64,000 nucleotides of DNA, from the NCBI GenBank assembly GCA_902781095.1, contig CACZHW010000010.1:3120-67119 (forward strand), given 5' to 3'. Positions 18,647 to 26,449 of the stretch are shown piece by piece (positions within the stretch are counted from its first letter, which is position 1; each line of letters starts with the position of its first letter). Source of the DNA: an uncultured Eubacteriales bacterium (GTDB taxonomy: Bacteria; Bacillota; Clostridia; Christensenellales; Aristaeellaceae). The notes under the pieces were generated by a model that was not told the DNA's origin, made no database searches, and was given only the letters and a program-made list of their open reading frames with translations. A program made the translations under genes and the position numbers.

Positions 18647-19603
18647 TTACTTCTGCACGATGTGCACGGCGAAGCCGGCGACTTCGTCCTTCAGGTAGAT
18701 GGCCTTCAGCTGGCCGTCCTTGTAGCTCGCACTGGACGGATCGAACTCGAAGCCCTGGTTCTCCAGGAAGAACTTCGCGCGCTCGACGAAGTTGGTGCGG
18801 ATGCCGATATGTCCGTGCGTGCCGCGGAAAGGCGTCTTCATGACTTCCACGGCCGTGCCGGCGAAGATGGAGCTGTTGCCGACCTTGACGGGCCAGCCGA
18901 ACATCTTGCACAGCAGCGTCGCGGTCTTCATCGCCTCTTCCTCATTGGCGGAGTTGATGCCCACGTGCGCGATCTCCAGGCCCAGCATCAGCTGGACGGC
19001 GGAGCTGACCAGGGAGCGGATCCGGTCCCAGTCCTTGGCGGCGATGGCATCCTTCGGCACCATCCAGCTGCCGCCGCAGCAGATGATCTTCTTGAAGGAC
19101 AGGTAGTCCAGCAGGTTCTTCTCGCTGATTCCGCCCGTGGGCATGAAGGTCACGTCCACATAGGGCGCGGCGATGGACTTGATGTACTTGAGGCCGCCGG
19201 CCGCCTCCGCCGGGAAGAACTTCACGGTCTTGAGTCCCAGGGAGAGCGCCACCTCGATGTCGCTGGGGTTGCTGGTGCCGGGGCAGACCGGGATGCCGAT
19301 CTCCTGGCAGTGGCGCACCGTCTCGGGGTTGAGGCCCGGGGAGACGATGAACTTCGCGCCGGCGGCAACCGCGCGGTCCACCTGCTCGTTGGTCAGGACG
19401 GTGCCGGCGCCGACCAGCATGTCCGGGAAGGCCTTCGTCATGTTGGCGATGGCTTCCGCGGCAGCGGCCGTACGGAAGGTGACCTCGGCGCAGGGCAGGC
19501 CGCCCTCGCAGAGCGCCTGTGCCAGCGGCACGGCGTCCGCCGCGTCGTCGATGGCGATAACCGGCACGATGCCGATCAGGGACAGTTGCTTCAAAATGTC
19601 CAT
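18647..19603 (-). CDS. eda: KDPG/KHG aldolase (Eda) fused to a C-terminal glyoxalase/VOC-like domain
   Basis: ORF trimmed to MDILKQLSLIGIVPVIAIDD after an AAAGGAGGA RBS. The Eda barrel contains the VKFFPAEAAGG motif. An extra domain of about 110 aa follows (LGLEIAHVGINSANEEEA...GHIGIRTNFVERAKFFLENQG). Confidence 0.8.
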   Translation of the reverse strand: MDILKQLSLIGIVPVIAIDDAADAVPLAQALCEGGLPCAEVTFRTAAAAEAIANMTKAFPDMLVGAGTVLTNEQVDRAVAAGAKFIVSPGLNPETVRHCQEIGIPVCPGTSNPSDIEVALSLGLKTVKFFPAEAAGGLKYIKSIAAPYVDVTFMPTGGISEKNLLDYLSFKKIICCGGSWMVPKDAIAAKDWDRIRSLVSSAVQLMLGLEIAHVGINSANEEEAMKTATLLCKMFGWPVKVGNSSIFAGTAVEVMKTPFRGTHGHIGIRTNFVERAKFFLENQGFEFDPSSASYKDGQLKAIYLKDEVAGFAVHIVQK

Positions 19604-19671
19604 TGGATTTTCCTCCTTTGTTATGTAAACCATTGCTGAAAGGAAACGCTTTTTGAGGGACGGCGCAGGGC

Positions 19672-20001
19672 TTACTTGACGAAGTCCTCCCGCATCGGGG
19701 TGAAGACGTCCAGCAGCGTGCCCGCCTTCACGCAGGCGCAGCCGTGGGTCTTTCCGCTGTCCACCACGATGGAGTCGCCCTGGTTGAGATGCCAGGTCTC
19801 CCCCTCGATCTCGTAGGTGAATTCACCGGCGAGCACATAGGAAATCTGCGTATGCGGATGGCTGTGCAGCGCACCGACAGCCCCCGTCTCAAAATCCACC
19901 AGCACCGCCATTTCATCGGCGTTGTAGGCGCACACCTTTCGGCGCTGGCCCAGGCCGACCTCCTGCCACTCCATGCCGGCAGGCCTTCCCACTCTTACCA
20001 T
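19672..20001 (-). CDS. cupin domain protein
   Basis: 109 aa with a GALHSHPHTQISYVLAGEF...GDSIVVDSGKTHG cupin motif pair. 1 bp downstream of uxaC. Confidence 0.75.
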   Translation of the reverse strand: MVRVGRPAGMEWQEVGLGQRRKVCAYNADEMAVLVDFETGAVGALHSHPHTQISYVLAGEFTYEIEGETWHLNQGDSIVVDSGKTHGCACVKAGTLLDVFTPMREDFVK

Positions 20002-20002
20002 A

Positions 20003-21412
20003 TCAGTCCACCTTCATGCCGAAGTACTCGACGGCGTTGTTGTAGCAGATGCCGCGGATGAGTTCGCCCAGCGTGTCGAAATCCGCTGGGTACTCGCCGT
20101 TCTCCACCCAGCCGCCGACCAGCTCGCACAGCACGCGGCGGAAGTACTCGTGCCGCGGATAAGAGATGAACGAACGGGAGTCCGTCAGCATGCCGACGAA
20201 GCGGCCCAGCAGGCCCAGTGCGGCCAGCGCCTTCATCTGCTCCTGCATGCCGTACTTCTGGTCGCAGAACCACCAGCCGGATCCGAACTGGATCTTGCCG
20301 GGGATGCAGTCGCCCTGGAAGTTGCCCAGCATCGTGCCGATGACGTAGTTGTCCTTCGGGTTGAGGCAGTAGAGCACGGTCTTGGGCAAATCGCCGGTGC
20401 GCTCCTCCTCCGCCAGCAGCTTGGCCAGCTTCTCTGCGATGCAGGTGTCCTGGGTGGAGTCGAAGCCGACGTCCGGGCCGTACTTCTCAAACATGCGCGG
20501 GTTCGCGTTGCGCAGCGCGCCGATGTGGTACTGCTGCGCCCAGCCGCGCGCCTTGTACATGCGCGCCAGCTCCACCAGCACGTAGGTCTTGTAGCACTCC
20601 ACTTCCGCCTCGGTCAGCGGCGCGCCGCTCATCGCCTTGCGGAAGGCTTCGCCCGCGATGTGCGTGCTGGGCGCGCCGAAGGGCACGGTGTCCAGCGCGT
20701 GGTCGGACAGGCGCGCGCCGCAGGCGTGGAAGTAATCCAGCCTGGACTCCAGCGCCTTCATCATGCTCTCCAGGTTCAGGCACTGGATGCCGGAGACGCG
20801 GGAGAGCTTGTTCATGTAGTCCACGAAGCCGCCGCGGTCGATGTTGATGACTTTGTCCGGGCGCCACGCGGGATAGACCTTGAAGGAGCACTTGCCCTCC
20901 TCCGCGATCTTCTTCTGGAACTCGAGGTCGTCCACCGGGTCGTCCGTCGTGCAGATCAGCTTCACGCCGAACTTCTCGATGAGGCCGCGGCAGCGGTACT
21001 CGTCCTTCGCCAGCAGCGCGTTGGCACGGTTCCAGATGTCCTCCGCCGTATCCTCGTTCAGGATATCGTAGATGCCGAAGACGCGGCGCAGCTCCAGGTG
21101 CGTCCAGTGATACATCGGGTTGCCCAGGCAGTACTTGAGGGAGCCCGCGAAGGCCTTCCACTTCTCCAGCCAGGGGGCGTCGCCGCGGATGTACTTGTCG
21201 TCCACGCCGTTGGAGAGCATCACGCGCCACTTGTAGTGGTCGCCGCCGAGCATGAGCTCGCCGATGTTCTGGAACTTGTAGTTCTCCCAGATCATGCGCG
21301 GGCTGATGTGGCAGTGGAAATCATAGATCGGCATGTTTTCCGCGTAGTCGTGATAGAGCTTTTTCGCCGTGTCAGTCGTCAGCAGAAAGTCTTCGTCCAT
21401 AAAGGGTTTCAT
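20003..21412 (-). CDS. uxaC: glucuronate isomerase
   Basis: 469 aa starting MKPFMDEDFLLTTDTAKKLYHDYAENMPIYDFHCHISP, typical of UxaC. Confidence 0.9.
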   Translation of the reverse strand: MKPFMDEDFLLTTDTAKKLYHDYAENMPIYDFHCHISPRMIWENYKFQNIGELMLGGDHYKWRVMLSNGVDDKYIRGDAPWLEKWKAFAGSLKYCLGNPMYHWTHLELRRVFGIYDILNEDTAEDIWNRANALLAKDEYRCRGLIEKFGVKLICTTDDPVDDLEFQKKIAEEGKCSFKVYPAWRPDKVINIDRGGFVDYMNKLSRVSGIQCLNLESMMKALESRLDYFHACGARLSDHALDTVPFGAPSTHIAGEAFRKAMSGAPLTEAEVECYKTYVLVELARMYKARGWAQQYHIGALRNANPRMFEKYGPDVGFDSTQDTCIAEKLAKLLAEEERTGDLPKTVLYCLNPKDNYVIGTMLGNFQGDCIPGKIQFGSGWWFCDQKYGMQEQMKALAALGLLGRFVGMLTDSRSFISYPRHEYFRRVLCELVGGWVENGEYPADFDTLGELIRGICYNNAVEYFGMKVD

Positions 21413-21473
21413 GCGTCTTCCTCCTTAGTCTTTGCTAGCTTTATCGTTTCCCGCCGCCCGGCGGGCCGGTCTC

Positions 21474-22946
21474 TTACAGCGTAACGCCGTCCTTGAAAAT
21501 GGCGATTTCGCGGTAGCCGTTCTGCTCCGCCTTCGTGTGCACCTCACCGGAAGCCAGGCGCAGCAGCCATGAGAAGAAGGCCTCCGTCGTCTCCTCCGGA
21601 TCGGCGCCCTGGACCAGAACGCCGGCATTGAAGTCGATCCAGTTCTTCTTCTTCTCGGCCAGCGCCGTGTTGGTCGCCACCTTCACCGTGGGGACCGGCG
21701 CGCCCAGCGGCGTGCCGCGGCCGGTGGTGAAGAGGATCATCTGGGCGCCCGCAGCCATCAGCGCCGTGCAGGCGCAGATGTCGTTGCCCGGCCCCTGTAC
21801 GAGATTGAGGCCCTTCTCCTGTACGCGTTCGCAGTATTTGAGGACGCCGCGCACCTCGCTGCTGCCGCCCTTCTGCGTGCAGCCGAGGGACTTGTCCTCC
21901 AGCGTGGTGATGCCGCCCGCCTTGTTTCCGGGCGAAGGATTCTCGTAGACCTCCTGGCCGTGGCGGATGAAGTACGCCTTAAAGTCGTTGATGAGGTCCA
22001 CGCACTTGCGGAACGTCTCCTCGTCCTTGCAGCGGTCCATGAGCAGCGTCTCCGCGCCGAACATCTCCGGCACCTCGGTGAGCAGCGTCGTGCCGCCGTG
22101 CCGGCAGACGAGATCGGAGATCCGCCCCAGCAGCGGGTTGGCCGTGATGCCCGAAAGGCCGTCGCTGCCGCCGCACTTGAGACCGATGATGAGGCTGGAA
22201 GCCGACACCGTCTGTCGCTTCTGCTGCGCCGCGTACGCCGTCAGCTCGTCCAGCAGCTGCATGCCCGCCTCGATCTCGTCCTCGTGCTCCTGCGTCACCA
22301 GGAATTTGACGCGGCGCTCGTCAATCTCGCCCAGCACGGGCTTGAACACGTTCAGGTTGTTGTTTTCGCAGCCGAGGCTCAGCACCAGCACGCCTCCCGC
22401 GTTGGGGTGGTGCACCATGGCGGAGAGCAGCTTCTGCGTATTGGCGTGGTCCTCGCCGAGCTGGGAGCAGCCGTATGGATGCACGAAGCAGTGGATGCCG
22501 TCCACGCGGTCCCCGTAGGCTTCCTGCGCCAGCCGTTCCAGCGTCTTCGCCGTCCCGTTTACGCAGCCCACGGTGTTGACGATCCACACCTCGTTGCGGA
22601 TACCGACGCGCCCGTCCTCCCGCACGTAGCCCTCGAAGGTCGCGCTGCGGTCCTGCGGCATGCTGCAGGGATGCGGATGATAGCTGTACTCCAACATGCC
22701 GGAAAGGTTGGTCTTCACGTTGTGGGTGTGCACCCAGCAGCCCTTGCCGATCGCCTGCGTGGCATGGCCGATGGGCGCCGCGTACTTGATGACGTTCTCG
22801 CCTTCCGCGATGTCGCGCAGGGCGAATTTATGCCCGGCGGGAATATCCTCGCAGAGTTTCACCCCGAGGATTTCTTCACCTGCCGTAAGCGGCACGAGCG
22901 CTACGGCGACGTTGTCCGCCGCGTTGATCCGGATGAATCTGTCCAT
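21474..22946 (-). CDS. uxaA: altronate dehydratase
   Basis: ORF trimmed to MDRFIRINAADNVAVAL (SAF domain) after a GGAGGAGG RBS. UxaA/GarD-like throughout. Confidence 0.9.
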   Translation of the reverse strand: MDRFIRINAADNVAVALVPLTAGEEILGVKLCEDIPAGHKFALRDIAEGENVIKYAAPIGHATQAIGKGCWVHTHNVKTNLSGMLEYSYHPHPCSMPQDRSATFEGYVREDGRVGIRNEVWIVNTVGCVNGTAKTLERLAQEAYGDRVDGIHCFVHPYGCSQLGEDHANTQKLLSAMVHHPNAGGVLVLSLGCENNNLNVFKPVLGEIDERRVKFLVTQEHEDEIEAGMQLLDELTAYAAQQKRQTVSASSLIIGLKCGGSDGLSGITANPLLGRISDLVCRHGGTTLLTEVPEMFGAETLLMDRCKDEETFRKCVDLINDFKAYFIRHGQEVYENPSPGNKAGGITTLEDKSLGCTQKGGSSEVRGVLKYCERVQEKGLNLVQGPGNDICACTALMAAGAQMILFTTGRGTPLGAPVPTVKVATNTALAEKKKNWIDFNAGVLVQGADPEETTEAFFSWLLRLASGEVHTKAEQNGYREIAIFKDGVTL

Positions 22947-22998
22947 CCCGTTCCTCCTCCCCTGAACTGCGAATGAAAGCCCGAACTTTTCCTTGTAA

Positions 22999-23027
22999 AG
23001 TATAGCATTCATCCCCGGACGGGTCAA
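22999..23027 (-). promoter_or_regulatory. sigma70-type promoter of the uxaA-uxaC-cupin-eda operon
   Basis: On the minus strand: TTGACC (23027..23022), 17-nt spacer, TATACT (23004..22999). Confidence 0.45.
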
Positions 23028-23054
23028 GGACGAAAGGCCGCGCCGTCCCCTTTT

Positions 23055-23122
23055 CAAACAAAAACAGAGGACCCGCGGGCAGCCTTGCCGGTCGCTTGAC
23101 CTGCCCCGCTGCCGGGTCCTCT
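23055..23122 (-). terminator. Rho-independent terminator downstream of the AT-rich island gene
   Basis: Minus-sense AGAGGACCCGGCAG...CTGCCCGCGGGTCCTCT long hairpin followed by GTTTTTGTTTG. This element is GC-rich, like the host genome. Confidence 0.6.
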
Positions 23123-23145
23123 TTTATCTTATTCAATTCTGTTCT

Positions 23146-24339
23146 TTACTTAGTCCTGTTATGCATCTGTTTCCGTACTTCTTTCGCAAGTTCATCAATC
23201 ATATTAAGCTCGCCAAGGAGATACAGCTTTTCTTTCTCATAGGTGTTTTGCTTATAGGAAATCTCAATCAGTTTTAGTCCTTTCTCCTGTGCGTATGCCC
23301 TTTTCTTTTCGTCATTCAGCTGCTGTAGTCTGAAAACTGGTTCGCCACCAAATCCTTCATCTTCACTCTTTCTGTAATGCTGTGCTCCCTGGCATTCGAT
23401 CAGTGCCTTGATCTTCCCGTTTTCATATACCGCAAAATCGTAGCGGAGCAAATACTTATGTCCTGCCCCAATTAAATCCGGGAAGCTTACTTCTGCCTCA
23501 TACTCAATTCCGTATTCCCTGAAAAACTTCATTGTCCGCCATTCAAAAGACGAAGGGGCTGTAAAAAAAGAATCGTCTCTGCAATTACAACGAGCCAAGC
23601 TATAGTAACCATCCGATTTTTCTATTTCAAAATCTTTGTATCTGTATTCATATTCCTTCCCGCATAGTTTACGTCGGCATTTGAATGTTCTGTAAATAAC
23701 ATAGTATTCTTTTCGACCGGCCTTACAAAGCTCTTCTTTATCCTTCCCATAACCCTCTATTACTAATGTTGCATGGTTTTTAAACGGTAATTCATAATCG
23801 TAATCGCTACTCCGTACTCTTTCCCGTTTCTGTTCTTTCAAACCACATTCTTTGATATTCATATGAAAAAAACTGTATGGCATATTATCAAGCACTGAGT
23901 ACAACTCTTCTTCATCAGCAGTTGCATTCTTATCATTAATCAGCTGTGCATAAACATCCTTGCTTACGCTTATATTCATATAATTATTGAGTGTGTCACA
24001 GTAATTATGCCGTTTAAAAAAGAAATAAGGCGCAAGCATATAAATCTCTCTTCCACATTTACACTTACATTTGATCTTTTTTACTTTCTTAAGCTTTTCA
24101 TATATCTCAATATAATGTTCGTAATGAGAAGATACTTCTTTAGCTTTTTCAGGAGAGTCACATCTCTGTAGTTCCCTTTCTTTCATCACTCTATCTTCTT
24201 CTATTAACTTATCATATGTTTCTGAATCATTTACATCCAATTCAATAATAGTAAGACATCCTGACTTTTGTCCAACTCTTATATTTCTTATCTTGTTAGC
24301 GATGCTACTAATTCTATCTTGCCGTATTTCGTTTATCAT
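23146..24339 (-). CDS. Cys-rich (Zn-ribbon-like) protein with C-terminal Vsr/DUF559-like PD-(D/E)xK nuclease signature; horizontally acquired
   Basis: ORF trimmed to MINEIRQDR after a GGAGAG RBS. Cys motifs seen: CKCKCG, CRRKLCG, CNC. The C-terminus reads SSFEWRTMKFFREYGIEYEAEVSFPDL...LLRYDFAVYENGKIKALIECQGAQHY, which has the E..D..ExQ-G-xx-H layout of DUF559/Vsr-type endonucleases. DNA is 23-37% G+C in lines I counted versus about 67% in the flanks. Confidence 0.7.
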   Translation of the reverse strand: MINEIRQDRISSIANKIRNIRVGQKSGCLTIIELDVNDSETYDKLIEEDRVMKERELQRCDSPEKAKEVSSHYEHYIEIYEKLKKVKKIKCKCKCGREIYMLAPYFFFKRHNYCDTLNNYMNISVSKDVYAQLINDKNATADEEELYSVLDNMPYSFFHMNIKECGLKEQKRERVRSSDYDYELPFKNHATLVIEGYGKDKEELCKAGRKEYYVIYRTFKCRRKLCGKEYEYRYKDFEIEKSDGYYSLARCNCRDDSFFTAPSSFEWRTMKFFREYGIEYEAEVSFPDLIGAGHKYLLRYDFAVYENGKIKALIECQGAQHYRKSEDEGFGGEPVFRLQQLNDEKKRAYAQEKGLKLIEISYKQNTYEKEKLYLLGELNMIDELAKEVRKQMHNRTK

Positions 24340-24367
24340 TACACACTCTCTCCTATTCTTATAAAGC

Positions 24368-24396
24368 ATGATAGATTAAGTTCTTTTAAAAGTCAA
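24368..24396 (-). promoter_or_regulatory. sigma70-type promoter inside the AT-rich island
   Basis: On the minus strand: TTGACT (24396..24391), 17-nt spacer, TATCAT (24373..24368), about 28 nt upstream of the ATG. Confidence 0.5.
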
Positions 24397-24510
24397 CAAA
24401 GGCCCCTGTTCTCTGGCCGCATCCTGTCTGCCGCGTTCTCCTCCCCGGTTTCCCGCCCCTGGCTGGCAGGCTGACCCGGCAGTACGGGATCGTAATGTAT
24501 AACCCTTTCC

Positions 24511-24552
24511 GAATGAAAAGAACCCGCTGGATCTGCTGTCCATCGGGTTCTC
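24511..24552 (-). terminator. Rho-independent terminator of the CNNM/hemolysin-family gene
   Basis: Minus-sense AGAACCCG-loop-CGGGTTCT followed by TTTCATTC. Confidence 0.55.
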
Positions 24553-24563
24553 TTCTATCCTGT

Positions 24564-25823
24564 TCAGTTTTTCGGTTCTTCGCTTTCCGGCAGCAGCTTC
24601 AGCCGGATGCGCCGCACGCGCTTTTCCTCCATCTCCAGCACGGTGATTTCCATGCCGTCCCGCACGAGCTCCTCGCCCTGCACCGGCAGGTGGCCCGCCG
24701 TCTCCAGCACCCAGCCGGATACGGTCAGCGCGTCGGACTCCGTGCTGCGCTCCAGCTCGTCCATCAGCTTTTCCAGGTTGGTGCCGCCCATGACCAGGTA
24801 CTCGTCGTCCGAAACCTTCTCGATCTCGTTGACGACCTCGTCGTGCTCGTCCCAGATTTCGCCCACGAGCTCCTCCAGGATGTCCTCCATGGTGACGATG
24901 CCGCGCGTGCCGCCGAACTCGTCCAGCACCACAGCGATCTGCATCTTCTTCTGCTGCAGCTCGCGCAGCAGGCTGCCCAGCTTCCGGTGTTCGGAGACGA
25001 AGATCACGGGCCGGATGATTTCAGAAACGTCCCGGCCCTCGTCACCCCGGAGCTTGTTGTAGAAGTCCTTCTGATAAAGGATGCCGACGATGTGATCAAG
25101 ATCCCCCTCGTAAACCGGCAGGCGGGAATACCCCGTCTCCGCGAAGCGCTCCGCGATCGTCTCCCGGCTCTCACCCTTTTCGACGCCCTCGATGTCCACC
25201 CGGGGCGTCAGGATGTCCTGCGCCTCCTGGTCCATAAAATCGATGGAATTGCGCAGCAGCGCGCTCTCCTGCTCGTTGATGCCGCCCTCGTCCTCCGCGA
25301 CGTCCACCATCGTCAGCAGCTCGTCCTCGGTGATGCCCCGGTCCTCCTCGTCCTTGATGAGGAGGGAGAGCAGCTTCTTCCACAGGCCGAAGAGCACCGT
25401 CAGCGGCGTCATCACGGCCATGAGCACGCGCAGCACCGGGGCGGAAAAGCCCGCGAAGCGCTCCGGGAACCGCGCCGCAAGCGACTTGGGCGTCACCTCG
25501 CCGAAGACGAGCAGCACGAGCGTGATCACCAGCGTCGCGATGCCCGTGCCCCTGTCCTCTCCCAGCAGACGCACAAAAAGAACGGTCGCCAGGGCGGTGG
25601 CCGCTATATTCACCAGATTGTTGCCTATGAGTATAGTGGTCAGGAGCTTGTCATACTCCTCCAGCAGCTTCAGTACCAGCGCCGCCTTCCCGTCCCCTTT
25701 TTCGGCCAGGCTCTTCAGCCGGATGCGGTTGACCGAGTTAAAGGCCGTCTCCGTCGCGGAAAAATAAGCGGAGAGTACGACGCACACGATAATCAGGATT
25801 TGCGATATGCCGCTGCTTACCAT
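24564..25823 (-). CDS. hemolysin-family/CNNM protein (DUF21-CBS pair-CorC_HlyC)
   Basis: 419 aa. N-terminal TM DUF21 region (FSATETAFNS), a CBS pair, and a C-terminal transporter-associated domain. Confidence 0.85.
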   Translation of the reverse strand: MVSSGISQILIIVCVVLSAYFSATETAFNSVNRIRLKSLAEKGDGKAALVLKLLEEYDKLLTTILIGNNLVNIAATALATVLFVRLLGEDRGTGIATLVITLVLLVFGEVTPKSLAARFPERFAGFSAPVLRVLMAVMTPLTVLFGLWKKLLSLLIKDEEDRGITEDELLTMVDVAEDEGGINEQESALLRNSIDFMDQEAQDILTPRVDIEGVEKGESRETIAERFAETGYSRLPVYEGDLDHIVGILYQKDFYNKLRGDEGRDVSEIIRPVIFVSEHRKLGSLLRELQQKKMQIAVVLDEFGGTRGIVTMEDILEELVGEIWDEHDEVVNEIEKVSDDEYLVMGGTNLEKLMDELERSTESDALTVSGWVLETAGHLPVQGEELVRDGMEITVLEMEEKRVRRIRLKLLPESEEPKN

Positions 25824-26037
25824 AAAATGGTCTTATTGCCTTCCCTTCAGGGCCATTACCCCATATTTTTCCTAGAGTGTATCAGGAATTGGGCGCAAGG
25901 TCAAGTTCCCCGGGCTTTCTTTTCCCGCAAAAGCCCGGTTTTTCGCGGTTTTCGGCGTCCGGAGGCCCGAAAAGGCAGGCCGCGCCTGTTTTTTGCCGGG
26001 GGAATGGCGAAAAAATCCGTGAATCTGTTGACTTTTC

Positions 26038-26066
26038 CCCTGCCCGTGAGTATAGTATAGGCGCAA
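26038..26066 (+). promoter_or_regulatory. sigma70-type promoter of the HU gene
   Basis: TTGACT (26038..26043), 17-nt spacer, TATAGT (26061..26066). Confidence 0.55.
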
Positions 26067-26100
26067 CCAAATCAACACAAGATACAGGAGGTACCCTATT

Positions 26101-26400
26101 ATGACCAAGACCGAACTGATCGCAAAGGTCGCTGAGAGCGCGAGCATCTCCAAGAAGGATGCCGGCGCTGCCGTCTCCGCCGTTTTCGGCGCCATCTCCG
26201 AGGAGCTCGTCAAGGGCGAGAAGGTTTCCCTCATCGGCTTCGGCACTTTCGAAGTCCGTGAGCGTCCTGCCCGCCAGGGCCGCAACCCCCAGACCGGCGA
26301 GTCCATCAAGATCAAGGCCAGCAAGGCTCCCGCTTTCAAGGCCGGCAAGGCACTCAAGGACGCCGTGAACGCCCCCAAGAAGAAGAGCAAGAAGAAGTAA
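26101..26400 (+). CDS. hup: HU family DNA-binding protein with Lys-rich tail
   Basis: [12 protein letters not shown]...[35 protein letters not shown]. Confidence 0.92.
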   Translation: MTKTELIAKVAESASISKKDAGAAVSAVFGAISEELVKGEKVSLIGFGTFEVRERPARQGRNPQTGESIKIKASKAPAFKAGKALKDAVNAPKKKSKKK

Positions 26401-26416
26401 TTTAAACAGGCAAACG

Positions 26417-26449
26417 AAATCCGGAAGCGATGCTTCCGGATTTTTTCTT
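26417..26449. terminator. bidirectional Rho-independent terminator
   Basis: AAATCCGGAAGC-GATG-CTTCCGGATTTTTTCTTT, between convergent hup and the CARF gene. Confidence 0.65.

Noticed and set aside
23139-24412. 7-bp direct repeat CTGTTCT at both edges of the AT-rich island (23139..23145 and 24406..24412), considered as a possible target-site duplication
   Set aside because: It is too short to distinguish from chance. The left copy lies inside the AT-rich tract next to the stop codon rather than at the composition boundary. No inverted repeats or recombinase are present.
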